DNA from: Candidatus Micrarchaeota archaeon
GTDB lineage: Archaea; Micrarchaeota; Micrarchaeia; Micrarchaeales; CABMGC01
DNA: 64,000 bases
NCBI GenBank assembly: GCA_027365175.1
Contig: DAHXNY010000001.1
Span: 51,052-115,051, forward strand
Direction of reading: 5' to 3'
Shown here: positions 39,010 to 48,280 of the stretch, piece after piece
Layout: each line of letters starts with the position of its first letter
Numbering within the stretch: the stretch's first letter is position 1
Program-made: the position numbers and the translations under genes
Notes under the pieces: generated by a model
Databases searched by the model: none
The model's input: only the letters and a program-made list of their open reading frames with translations
What the model was told of the DNA's origin: nothing

Positions 39010-39084
39010 TGCTCCCATCGGGATTTGAACCCGAGTTGCAGGGTTGAAAGCCCCGCGTCCTTGGCCGGACTAGACGATAGGAGC
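39010..39084 (-). tRNA. tRNA-Glu(UUC)
   Basis: GCUCCUA/UGGGAGC acceptor, CU-UUC-AA loop, UCGGG-UUCAAAU-CCCGA. Confidence 0.95.
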
Positions 39085-39138
39085 ATCTTTTATATCTTCC
39101 TGAAAAGTTATTTTAACCCTTGTTGATTATTAATAGTA

Positions 39139-39792
39139 GTGGTTCTTTTGATCGTATGTATAGAGGGAGTAGACGGCTCTGGGAAGAGCACGCAGGCGGA
39201 ACTGCTAGCAACGCGTTTCCGCTCTGAAGGTAAGAACGTCCTTCTCCTCTCTTATCCTGATTATGAATCCGATACTGGAAAGAAGATAAAAGAGTATCTG
39301 CACGGAACCGAACCCGTTGAGGTTAAGTCGCTGTTTAAGATGTATCTTGACGATATAGTAAAGGACGAGGATAAGATAAAGGAAGCGGATAAGAAAGGGA
39401 TTGTAATACTTAGCAGATACTATACCTCTACAATAGCATACCAGTGCGCACAAGGCTATAACTATAGTGAGGCAAAGCGCAAGGTTCTGAATTCAGGCTT
39501 GCCGGTGCCTGACATGATGGTGTATCTCGGGGTGTCTGCACAGGAATCCATGTACAGGAAGATGAAGGGCGGATTTGTGCTTGACAGGCATGAAAGGAAT
39601 GTGTTTTTAATTGAAGATGTTTTAAAGGTTTACCGGAGGGAGATGGAGGAGGAGTTTCCTGGGAATAAGAAATGGATTGCAATAAACGGTTCCAGAGGTA
39701 TTGAGGAGATTCAGAAGCAGATATGGGAAGAGGTATCCAAAGTTGCTGCTAAGAGTGAGAGTAAGGCCGCAGGGAAAAAATTAAGGACATGA
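39139..39792 (+). CDS. tmk: Thymidylate kinase
   Basis: IEGVDGSGKSTQ, SRY..S..AYQ, PD...YL; next to dcd. Confidence 0.93.
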   Translation: MVLLIVCIEGVDGSGKSTQAELLATRFRSEGKNVLLLSYPDYESDTGKKIKEYLHGTEPVEVKSLFKMYLDDIVKDEDKIKEADKKGIVILSRYYTSTIAYQCAQGYNYSEAKRKVLNSGLPVPDMMVYLGVSAQESMYRKMKGGFVLDRHERNVFLIEDVLKVYRREMEEEFPGNKKWIAINGSRGIEEIQKQIWEEVSKVAAKSESKAAGKKLRT

Positions 39793-39806
39793 TATTTGGT
39801 GATTTT

Positions 39807-40346
39807 ATGATACTGTCAGACTACGATTTGGACAATATAATAAGGGCGAAGAGACTTGTGATAGACCCATTTGAAAAGGATACTATAAGGGAGAACGGAG
39901 TGGATTTGAGGCTGTCTGACGAGATAGCGGTTAGGAACCCGGAGCTGACTAAAGAGACGATATTCGACCCTACCAACGAGGAGCATGTGAAGAACGAGTA
40001 TGTGCTGAAGAAAGGCAAGGAGCTCATAATACCTGCACACTCGATGGTGCTGATGTCTACAAAGGAGTATCTCTCAATGCCGAACAACCTTATGGGTTTT
40101 GTGGAGATAAGGAGCACGTGGGCAAGACATGGTCTCTCCATGCCGCCTACGATAATAGATGCCGGATTCAGGGGAACGGTTACGCTTGAGGTGATAAACA
40201 ATGCACCTCACGCGATCCTTTTGAAACAGGATATGAGGTTTGCGCACGTCATATTTGCTACGACTCTGAATGAGGTTACAAATGCGTACAAAGGAAGTTA
40301 CCTGGAGCAGAGAGGCATAAAGTTTCCTAAGCCTATAAAGGAATAA
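39807..40346 (+). CDS. dcd: dCTP deaminase
   Basis: MILSD, NGVDLRL, RST.AR.GL, IDAGF.G..TLE, Y.G.Y..Q; start after GGTGA. Confidence 0.93.
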   Translation: MILSDYDLDNIIRAKRLVIDPFEKDTIRENGVDLRLSDEIAVRNPELTKETIFDPTNEEHVKNEYVLKKGKELIIPAHSMVLMSTKEYLSMPNNLMGFVEIRSTWARHGLSMPPTIIDAGFRGTVTLEVINNAPHAILLKQDMRFAHVIFATTLNEVTNAYKGSYLEQRGIKFPKPIKE

Positions 40347-40394
40347 AAAGTAAAATTAGAAATTAAAATAAAAAGGGGAAAAGAAATAATCAGT

Positions 40395-40673
40395 TTACCT
40401 GTAAAGGTCTTCCTGCTCTTCCCTTGTAGCATCGTTTGCGCTCTGCGAAGCAGATCCTACCAGAACCACGTCTCCGACGTTCTTTACGTTCTTGTAGAGT
40501 ATGCTCTTCTTCTTCAGTGCCGACTTTACGTCGCTCTTCAGATTCTTCCAAGGGGACATAAGAAGCCTGCTTACCTCTCCCTTTTCCAAGTCCAATATTA
40601 CGTCTTGAACCTCTCCAAGGTACTGCCCATTGTCGCTGTATATATCCATTCTGTATATTTCAGATATTCTCAT
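40395..40673 (-). CDS. PRC-barrel domain protein
   Basis: IYSD.G.YLG.V.D..LD...G.V, V..VGDVVLV. Confidence 0.88.
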   Translation of the reverse strand: MRISEIYRMDIYSDNGQYLGEVQDVILDLEKGEVSRLLMSPWKNLKSDVKSALKKKSILYKNVKNVGDVVLVGSASQSANDATREEQEDLYR

Positions 40674-40745
40674 CCAATCGCCTTGATATATAGAAAGGTA
40701 AAGAATTTATAAATCTTATTAGATTTCGGGGTTACTGGAAGCGTA

Positions 40746-41900
40746 TCATGGCTGCATCCAATCTATCTCATAATAGTCGTTTTTGCTGCCTTTAAGGCGA
40801 ATCTGCCTTACCTTGTAGTACGTGACTGCAGTCTCCCTATCGGCTATGGCAAGTATCAGCTCGAGGCCCTTCCTGCTTGCGCTCTTTATGGCTCCGGATA
40901 TCTCGCTCCCGCCTATGTGCTCATCCTCGCTGAGAGAGAGCATGGCATATCTTGGTGCTCCGTTGGACGGGTTCTCTGCCTCCCCTCCCCTCCTGTGATA
41001 CAGGATATAGTCTACAGCAATATTGTTCGCCCTTGCTGATCCTGGTATTGCGAGTATGAAGGTCTTCCTTACGGAATGCGCAACCCTTATCGCCCTTGCC
41101 CATTCCGATATAAGCATCTTGGCATCCTTTGGAAATACCTGTATGACATGCTTTGAGTGCGTCCATCCGTTCGTAGTGTTTGTAGGTTTTGCCCCGGGGA
41201 AATAGACCCTGAAGTGGGTGCCGAACTTGAACCCTGTCTTTATCACATAGCCCTTCTCCCTCCAGTCCTTGTATACCGAATAGAGTTTTAGGAAGTCTTT
41301 CCTTCCGGCATTCCCGTTGTCTATCAGCTCCGCACGCGTTGCGTTATTTATGTTTACTGTCCTGCTCTCTGTAAGGAATAATGCCTCGAATATATCTATC
41401 TTGTTTAGCTTTCCCCTCTCAGAGGCTTTGTATGAGCCGTATTGGCCTATCCAGTAATTGTCGTACAGCTCTTTTCCCTTTTCATTGTCCTTAAGTATTG
41501 TTATGAGGTCTGTCTTGAAGAAGGTGCCGCTTATCCCTATTGCCTTTATCTTTAGCTTTGACCCCGGATACTCCTTTATCTTTGCCTTTGCGCGTTTGGC
41601 ATATTTGAAATCAGGCTCCTTTATTATTAGCCCCCGGTCCCTCCAGTCCTTGTAAGTAAGATATCGGGCTATGAACTTGCGGTTGTTCCAGAACCTTGAG
41701 ATAGAGTCGTTGAATGAGATAATTTTGCCTGCTTTTGTGCACTCCGCGTTGCGCAGTTCCATTAGATAAAGCGCTTCCACATTTGAAAGGACAAGGGTCT
41801 TCTTTTCCTGCTTCCCGAAGAACCCTTTCTTCAGTATGTCCTTGGTGGATTGGTCCTTGACTGTGAATCTTCCGCCTGGAGAGCTATCGATCTTGAGCAT
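40746..41900 (-). CDS. endA: tRNA splicing endonuclease, three-unit (epsilon2-type)
   Basis: 384 aa with two EALYL/EALFL...Y.DWR.(R/K)G units, catalytic GFKFGTHFRVY...HS...AHSVRK, then a C-terminal structural unit. Confidence 0.9.
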   Translation of the reverse strand: MLKIDSSPGGRFTVKDQSTKDILKKGFFGKQEKKTLVLSNVEALYLMELRNAECTKAGKIISFNDSISRFWNNRKFIARYLTYKDWRDRGLIIKEPDFKYAKRAKAKIKEYPGSKLKIKAIGISGTFFKTDLITILKDNEKGKELYDNYWIGQYGSYKASERGKLNKIDIFEALFLTESRTVNINNATRAELIDNGNAGRKDFLKLYSVYKDWREKGYVIKTGFKFGTHFRVYFPGAKPTNTTNGWTHSKHVIQVFPKDAKMLISEWARAIRVAHSVRKTFILAIPGSARANNIAVDYILYHRRGGEAENPSNGAPRYAMLSLSEDEHIGGSEISGAIKSASRKGLELILAIADRETAVTYYKVRQIRLKGSKNDYYEIDWMQP

Positions 41901-41973
41901 CTATACACGGTAGCATATGCCCAATAAGATTTATGTGTATTTGCATGTATTAATATCATGTCTGGAGAGATTG

Positions 41974-42993
41974 ATGGCTACCGGTGCGCTTGACCTGAAA
42001 ACGATACAGAAGATGCAGAAGGAGACGCAGTTCAGGGAGAGGATACGGAAGATGCGTTACAGTATCTTCTTGTTGATAGCGTTAAGTTTTGCGGTTTTCA
42101 TAGCCATAGCTGTGCTTGCGGTGTTGAATGAAGGGCTTGATGCCTTCGTTGGAAGCATACTGAGGATTGATTGGTGGTATTTCGGTGCAGCCCTGCTTGC
42201 GGTGTTTGCAAGTTATGCGATAAGGTTTCCTAAATGGCAGATGTATCTCAACCAACTCAAGGTAAGGCTGAACCTTAGGACGAGCTTCATGATATACATG
42301 TCGATGTACTCAATGGACATTACTCCGGGGAGATGGGGCAGGGCGGTTGTCGCATTCACGATAAACAGGATAACCGGAGCGAAATTTGGCAGGACCTTCC
42401 CTGCGATAGTGGCTGATAACTTTACGGATTTTCTTGGCTTTGTCATCGTAGCTGCAGTGGTGGTTTTCTTTGTCAATAAGTATGTATTGTTTTCTGTTAT
42501 TCTGATTGTGCTGATGCTGCTGCCATTCGTATTTCTTTATATGGAACGGCCTTTCAAGTACCTGAAATCAAAACTGGACAGGATAAAGAGGCTTGACAGC
42601 TTCTTCTCCGTAGGCCTGATGTATTTCAGGAGAAAGAGGATGCTTAGCAGGAATGCCTATATATTTTCGCTTATAGTCACGATACCTTCAGTGATACTTA
42701 TAGGCCTTGCGCTTTATTTTGTCATACTTGGGTTCGGGGTGCACCTTAGCCCAGCATATCTGCCTACTATAATATTCATTTACTGCTTCTCAACCATGCT
42801 TGGCATGGTTACAGGAGTTCCAGGCACATTGGGGGTTACTGATGCAGCATTGCTTACCTATCTTACTGCGATGCTTCCGATTGGCTTCGGTCTTGTGGCA
42901 GGTATAACCATAATGTTCAGGATAGCGACAATTTGGTTCGTGGAACTTCTGGGATTTGGCAGCCTTGTGCCGACATTCAAGTACTGGAAGTAG
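41974..42993 (+). CDS. UPF0104 / lysylphosphatidylglycerol-synthase-TM (flippase-like) membrane protein
   Basis: R..KW..YL, TPGR.G, PG.LGV.D, R..T.W; start placed at MATGA. Confidence 0.82.
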   Translation: MATGALDLKTIQKMQKETQFRERIRKMRYSIFLLIALSFAVFIAIAVLAVLNEGLDAFVGSILRIDWWYFGAALLAVFASYAIRFPKWQMYLNQLKVRLNLRTSFMIYMSMYSMDITPGRWGRAVVAFTINRITGAKFGRTFPAIVADNFTDFLGFVIVAAVVVFFVNKYVLFSVILIVLMLLPFVFLYMERPFKYLKSKLDRIKRLDSFFSVGLMYFRRKRMLSRNAYIFSLIVTIPSVILIGLALYFVILGFGVHLSPAYLPTIIFIYCFSTMLGMVTGVPGTLGVTDAALLTYLTAMLPIGFGLVAGITIMFRIATIWFVELLGFGSLVPTFKYWK

Positions 42994-43741
42994 AGTGGAT
43001 CTCTACAGCACGCTTCTCTGCAAAACTCATATCAGAAGGGATTGCAAGGCATGCAGACCGTATATTCCCGTTTTTTGGAAGCTCTGCTATCTCTCTTAAT
43101 GAAGCATATGCTATTCGCCGTTCCTTCCTCCCTATGTCTGCCATGAATACTGCCTTTGTGTCCTGATCCACTACTCCTTTTCCTGCTTCCAGGAGCGTAG
43201 GCATTGCTTCTGAAGCATCTATGGATACTCCCTTCTCCTCAGTGACGTCGAATAGGACAAGAGTGTGCTGCTTGTTCTCAAGGTTCTTCCTGATTACGTT
43301 TATGAAAGAGGTGGGTTTGTACTTTTCAGATACTCTTGGGATAGTGGCAGTAGGACCGAATTTATATATGTCAAGGCCGCTCTCCCCTATTGCTGCAGTG
43401 AATATCGATGCTGCATGGATTACAGACACGCCTGCTCCCTGTCTCTTGGCTTCCTCTATTATTATGTGATGGGTGGTTGCAACAAGGGGATCTCCTGGAA
43501 AGAGTATCGCTATGCTGCCTTCCTTTGCCGTTGAGATGGTATCCTTTACATGGTCCTCAAGGTCTGCCCTGCTTATCTTCCTTGGTTCTTTGCCCGCAAG
43601 CAGGGCTATTTCATTTATGTACTCTTGGGTTATGCTTGCAGTATAGCCTTCGTAGAGGATAGATGATGCCTTTCTTAGGCACTCTATGGCTTTTATCGAA
43701 AGGTCTCCTGAATCGAGGCCGAGGCCTATCATATAGAGCAT
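42977..43741 (-). CDS. dph5: Diphthine synthase
   Basis: MLY.IGLGL, E.YT, GDPL.ATTH, ASI, SGL..YKFG, HTL.L.D. Confidence 0.95.
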   Translation of the reverse strand: MLYMIGLGLDSGDLSIKAIECLRKASSILYEGYTASITQEYINEIALLAGKEPRKISRADLEDHVKDTISTAKEGSIAILFPGDPLVATTHHIIIEEAKRQGAGVSVIHAASIFTAAIGESGLDIYKFGPTATIPRVSEKYKPTSFINVIRKNLENKQHTLVLFDVTEEKGVSIDASEAMPTLLEAGKGVVDQDTKAVFMADIGRKERRIAYASLREIAELPKNGNIRSACLAIPSDMSFAEKRAVEIHSTSST

Positions 43742-43762
43742 GAAATCAACCGTTATGCAGAA

Positions 43763-44713
43763 TCATCCGGATATGCCGTTTGGAGTTATCTTTATGACTG
43801 CCTCTCCTTCAGGCATGCTTGGCGAGTCGACCAGCTTTACAATGCGCTTCTCCTCCTTTGACTTCCTCATGTATAGCCTTGTGGTTGCCGCATGGGCCAC
43901 TATATTGCCGCCTACAGGGGTCGTTGGGTCGCCAAATAGTATTCCCGGGTTGTCCATTACCTGATTCGTTATGTAGACTGCAAGGCCGTGGGTATCCGCT
44001 AGCTGCTGGAGCTTGTGGATGTGCTGGTTGAGCTTCTGCTGCCTCTCTCCTAGGGAACCTCTTCCCAGGTACTCTGCCCTGAACAGCGCCATGAGCGAGT
44101 CAACGATTATGAGCTTGATGTTCTTCTCCTTTATGAGTTTGTCTGCACGCTCTGCGGCAAGGACCTGCTGGTCTGAGGTATGCGCACGCACTACAAAGAT
44201 GTTCTCAAGGGTCTTCTGCGGGTCTAGGCCTGCATTCTTTGCAAGCGCCTCTATCCTCTCTGGCCTGAAGGTGCCTTCTGTGTCTATGAATAGGACGGTT
44301 CCGTCAAGGCCTCCTTCGGATACAGGAAGCTGGACGTTTACCGCTAGCTGGAAGCCGATCTGGGTCTTCCCTGCCGCGAACTTTCCATAAGCTTCGGTTA
44401 TAGCGCTGGTCTCAACTCCTCCGCCCAGCAGGTCATTCAGATCCTTGGCACCTGTTGTTATCTTGCCAAGTATCTTCCTCTTATCATAAATAGCAGAGCC
44501 GGTGTCGTATTCAAGGGTGGTGGCCTGCTTTGCAGCGTCTATGGCCTTCTTTGCATTCTCGACGCTAAGGTTTACAAGGTCTGAAAGTTCGTGAGGCGCC
44601 GCTGTAGCTATCTTCTCTATGCTGTCGTACCCAAGCTCCTTGAGCTTCTCCGAAATAGTAGGCCCTATGCCAGGAAGGTCGCCGAGATCCTTTATGCCTT
44701 TTTCCTTTGCCAT
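43763..44713 (-). CDS. radA: DNA recombinase RadA
   Basis: HhH DLPGIGP, G.F..GKTQ, IDTEGTFRPER, VDS...FR.EY.GRG.L.ERQQ, TNQV. Confidence 0.98.
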   Translation of the reverse strand: MAKEKGIKDLGDLPGIGPTISEKLKELGYDSIEKIATAAPHELSDLVNLSVENAKKAIDAAKQATTLEYDTGSAIYDKRKILGKITTGAKDLNDLLGGGVETSAITEAYGKFAAGKTQIGFQLAVNVQLPVSEGGLDGTVLFIDTEGTFRPERIEALAKNAGLDPQKTLENIFVVRAHTSDQQVLAAERADKLIKEKNIKLIIVDSLMALFRAEYLGRGSLGERQQKLNQHIHKLQQLADTHGLAVYITNQVMDNPGILFGDPTTPVGGNIVAHAATTRLYMRKSKEEKRIVKLVDSPSMPEGEAVIKITPNGISG

Positions 44714-44824
44714 ATAAACTCCCCAGATTTTTGTAGATAGGAAGCTGCTTATGCCCCGATATAACAGGGGATTAGCGTTCCCAATATTAAATAAGATACA
44801 TTAATATATAATAAGGAGTGTGTA

Positions 44825-44925
44825 AAAAAAGAAAAGATAGTTGAATATAGTAGGAAGAGGCCAGCAGCGTTTTCACGTGCTGGCAAGGCGACCAGTTACT
44901 CCTCCTCTGATAAAGAACTCGTACT
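44825..44925 (-). ncRNA. Candidate structured small RNA upstream of radA (ends approximate)
   Basis: GC-rich island in an AT-rich intergenic; stems AGGAGGAG/CUCUUCCU and GCCAGCA/UGCUGGC; TTTTTAAA upstream, U tracts downstream. Confidence 0.4.
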
Positions 44926-44978
44926 GTAGAGCTCGTTTTAAAGATTTAAAAATCTTTCTGAATAGTGGAATAGAGTAT

Positions 44979-45638
44979 ATGGTGAACTTCCTTACCCTTG
45001 ATGGAAAGGCTGCGGTCCTTGCAGTGCTTATAGGTGTACTCATAGTGCTGTTCGGAGGGGCTTACGGCTTGTTCTTCCTTGCAGTAATAGTACTCTTCCT
45101 TGCCTTTTCCGCCATCGTTACTAATGTCGGCATAGGGATGAAGAAGAGGATAAAGGTGTATGAGGCCAAGAGAGGCTGGAAGAATGTTGTCGCAAACGGC
45201 ATAATACCTCTCGTAATAGTCATCCTTTACTGGCACTTCGGGAGCCTGGTGCCGGATCCGACAGTGTTTGTAGTGGCATATGTGGCAAGCGTGGCAGGAA
45301 CCACCGCTGACAAGTTCGCAAGCGAACTGGGAGTGCTTGGAGAAACGCCGGTATCCATAATCACGTTCAGGAAGGTGAAGAAAGGGGTATCTGGAGGAGT
45401 TACAGTCTTCGGTACGGTTTCAAGCCTCATAGGGGCCGCACTTATAGGATTCTCAGGCATGGCGATCGGTCTGCCTCCTGCCTATTTGGTAATAATAGCT
45501 GTTGCCGGGCTGCTCGGGTCTGTTGTAGACTCGGTTGCAGGCCATTTTGAGGAGAATGGAATAGGCAATAAGTATACCTCCAACATACTCTGCGCCATAG
45601 CGGCTGCGCTGATAGCTTATGCGGTCATCGCTTTGTGA
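44979..45638 (+). CDS. DUF92-family membrane protein
   Basis: R.W.NV.ANG, ADKFASELG, G.SGGVT..G, G...DS..G; start placed at ATG 44979. Confidence 0.9.
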   Translation: MVNFLTLDGKAAVLAVLIGVLIVLFGGAYGLFFLAVIVLFLAFSAIVTNVGIGMKKRIKVYEAKRGWKNVVANGIIPLVIVILYWHFGSLVPDPTVFVVAYVASVAGTTADKFASELGVLGETPVSIITFRKVKKGVSGGVTVFGTVSSLIGAALIGFSGMAIGLPPAYLVIIAVAGLLGSVVDSVAGHFEENGIGNKYTSNILCAIAAALIAYAVIAL

Positions 45639-46536
45639 AGGTGAGCCAGTGCGCAAATTCGGGGTCTTTTCCCGATACTATCTCTGTGAACCTGTCCTGT
45701 ATGATCTTTGTAATAGGGCCAGGCTTTCCATTGCCTATCTTCATCTTGTCTACAGAGATTATAGGAGTTATCTCGGCTGCAGTCCCTGAAAAGAAAAGCT
45801 CGTCGGCTATGAAAAGCTCCTCCCTGTGTACAAGCCTCTCTTCCACAGTTAGGCCTGTGCTCTCTGCTATCTTCAGTACCGAATCCCTTGTTATTCCAAG
45901 CAGTATGTCGGACTCTTTTGAAGGAGTTAGCAGTTCATTGTCTTCTACAAGGAAGATGTTTTCTCCAGGCCCTTCTGCCACCCAGCCGTTTGTGGATAGC
46001 ATTATCGCCTCTTCGGCTCCTGAGTTCTTTGCTTCTTTTGAAGCCATTACCGATGTTGCATAATTGCCGCTCAGCTTTGCCTGCGGAGGCAGTATCTGCG
46101 AGTTTATCCTGTGCATGGATGAGATCTTGCAGGTTATGCCCTTGTCCTTGTCTCCGAAGTAGCTGCCGAACGGCACGGCTATTATGGCAACGCTTATCTT
46201 CTTCCCCTCGGTATCAAGGCCTATCTTCGGATCATTGTAGAATCCAAACGGGCGTATGTAGCATGATGCCAGCTTGTTCTTTTCCACTATCTCGATTATG
46301 GCTCTCTCCAGCTCCTTCTGGCTGCAAGGCAGATGCATTCCTGCAATCTTTGCCGACCTTACGAATCTTGCAGCGTGATCGTTTAACCTGAATACTGCAG
46401 GACCCTTTGCAGTAGGATATGCCCGTATGCCTTCGAATATGCCGCTCCCGTACTGAAGTGAATGCGTAGAGATAGGCACGACAGCCTTTTCCGAGTCTAT
46501 GAACCTTCCATCCAACCATACGTAACTTTTAGCCAT
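45625..46536 (-). CDS. ilvE: Branched-chain amino acid aminotransferase
   Basis: L.YG.G.FEGIRAY, AK..GNY (PLP Lys), EG.GEN, L.GITR, GTAAEI.P. Confidence 0.96.
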   Translation of the reverse strand: MAKSYVWLDGRFIDSEKAVVPISTHSLQYGSGIFEGIRAYPTAKGPAVFRLNDHAARFVRSAKIAGMHLPCSQKELERAIIEIVEKNKLASCYIRPFGFYNDPKIGLDTEGKKISVAIIAVPFGSYFGDKDKGITCKISSMHRINSQILPPQAKLSGNYATSVMASKEAKNSGAEEAIMLSTNGWVAEGPGENIFLVEDNELLTPSKESDILLGITRDSVLKIAESTGLTVEERLVHREELFIADELFFSGTAAEITPIISVDKMKIGNGKPGPITKIIQDRFTEIVSGKDPEFAHWLTFTKR

Positions 46537-46626
46537 AATACCATCTTTTCGATTAAGAACCAATTAATATTCTTGGTTCAGGTTTAAATATTTGTCCGCT
46601 TCAGTCAGTAATAGGGTTATGTTTTC

Positions 46627-48225
46627 ATGGCTGAATCAGGTTCAGGTTTGGGGGCAAGGGCGGCTGGCACCATATACCCTCTATTTATCGGAAATGCACT
46701 TGGCGTCTTGCTTGCAGCATTCAAGATAATAATAGCGACAAGACTGTTGGGAGCTGCACTGTTCGGTGTTTACGTATTCATAGTCAGCTATTATACCCTT
46801 ATAGGTAGCGTTACGGACTTCGGCATCTCCTCCTATTTCAAGAGGTATGTGGCTGAGTTAAACTACAAAAGGGATGGGAGGGGCATGCAGAAGGTGCTCT
46901 CTGCGGGTTTTGCTGCAGTAGCGCTAGTCAGTTTGCTACTTGCGCTGCTTGGAATTCTGCTGAGCGGATACGTGGCTTCGGTATTCGGGAGCACGATAGG
47001 AGTGGCGCAGCCGCTTCTTGAGCTAGGCTCACTGATACTCTTCTCGACCATAATGTATGGGGCTGTTGCAGGAATCCTCATAGGGCTCGGCAAGGGCGCC
47101 TATTTCTCAATAGCATATCTTGCATACATGGCATCGGATCTTGCAATCACGGCCTACACCCTGCTCAATGGTTATGGTGTTGTAGGAATACTGCTGGGTA
47201 CGCTCATAGGAAGCATTATAGGGCTTATAGTGGCGCTCTTCTACATAAACAGGTATCTATCGCAGTACATGGATTTCTGCCCGTGGTATCCGAAGGTGCC
47301 TGACATAAAAAAGGCGCTTGGGTTCTCATATCCGCTTGCCATCTATAACTTCTTTACAAACAGCTTACAGAATTTCTCAGTCATCCTTCTTGGCTTTTTT
47401 GTAAGCGAGACTGTGATAGGAAATTACGGAACTGCGCTGAAAGGGCTCTCCGTGCTCCTTGTATTCTATGGTTCCGTGGTCTCGGTGATGCTCCCTACAT
47501 TTGCAGAAGCTGCAAAGAAGAGCGTGAAGAGAGCCTATAGCGAAGGCGTCTTCAATGCCTCGGTCCTCTATTCGGTGTTTGTTACATTTCCAATCCTGCT
47601 CTTCTTCGCAGTATTCAGCAAGTCCCTGATATACATACTGATAGGGAGCAGCTATACGCTTGCACCGTTTTACCTGACACTGATAGCGATAGGGACGATC
47701 ATGGGGCTGGTAGGTTTCTTTTCAGGCTCTATGCTGATAGCAAGAGGGCTTACAAGGAAGATCCTGAAATATGGCGCGCTCTCCTCTCTTCTGCAGTTTG
47801 TTTCTATGCTGCTTATGGTACCTTACTTTGGAGTGGTAGGTGCAATAGTAGGGATATTCTTCATAGGAAGCATCGCTAACAGCACGTTCTTCACCCTTGC
47901 GGTTTCACGCATGCTGAAGATAAGGATTAATCTTGCTAAACTCGCCAGGCTATCCCTGGCAAATATAGGAGCTGCGATCCTGATGCTGGTTGCATTGCTT
48001 GCAACCCAGTCTATGGCAGTTGAGATAATAGCAGGGTTGGCCATACTGGTAATAGCATATCCTGCATTCGTAGTGATTTCAAGGGCCATGGATAGCAAGG
48101 AGATAGAATATTTCAGATCAAGCACCTCTTCGCTTGCCTTTGCAGGACCTATGATAGGAGCAGTATGTGGGTATATGGCGGCAATAGGAGAGAAAATAGG
48201 TATTGATGCGCCAGCCGGGATTTGA
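46627..48225 (+). CDS. Polysaccharide/oligosaccharide flippase (Wzx/MOP family)
   Basis: R.LG...FG.Y, DFG, G.Y..A, LP.F, 12-14 TMs; 3' end runs into antisense tRNA-Gly. Confidence 0.88.
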   Translation: MAESGSGLGARAAGTIYPLFIGNALGVLLAAFKIIIATRLLGAALFGVYVFIVSYYTLIGSVTDFGISSYFKRYVAELNYKRDGRGMQKVLSAGFAAVALVSLLLALLGILLSGYVASVFGSTIGVAQPLLELGSLILFSTIMYGAVAGILIGLGKGAYFSIAYLAYMASDLAITAYTLLNGYGVVGILLGTLIGSIIGLIVALFYINRYLSQYMDFCPWYPKVPDIKKALGFSYPLAIYNFFTNSLQNFSVILLGFFVSETVIGNYGTALKGLSVLLVFYGSVVSVMLPTFAEAAKKSVKRAYSEGVFNASVLYSVFVTFPILLFFAVFSKSLIYILIGSSYTLAPFYLTLIAIGTIMGLVGFFSGSMLIARGLTRKILKYGALSSLLQFVSMLLMVPYFGVVGAIVGIFFIGSIANSTFFTLAVSRMLKIRINLAKLARLSLANIGAAILMLVALLATQSMAVEIIAGLAILVIAYPAFVVISRAMDSKEIEYFRSSTSSLAFAGPMIGAVCGYMAAIGEKIGIDAPAGI

Positions 48226-48280
48226 ACCCGGGTTATTGCCTTGGGAAGGCAAAGTCCTGGCCAGGCTAGACTACTGGCGC
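48207..48280 (-). tRNA. tRNA-Gly(CCC)
   Basis: GCGCCAG/CUGGCGC, UUGCC-UUCCCAA-GGCAA, CCGGG-UUCAAAU-CCCGG. Confidence 0.95.

Larger units (their letters stand above)
37646..39030. mobile_element. About 1.4-kb integrated islet at tRNA-Glu carrying one ATPase gene, no integrase
   Basis: Direct repeats of the tRNA 3' end flank the AAA ATPase gene. Confidence 0.65.

Noticed and set aside
44852..44910. SAM-I, fluoride, HDV-like or twister assignment for the structured RNA
   Set aside because: Only superficial words match (UUAUCAG, UAAC, GCGUUUUCACG); the required conserved cores and pairings are absent
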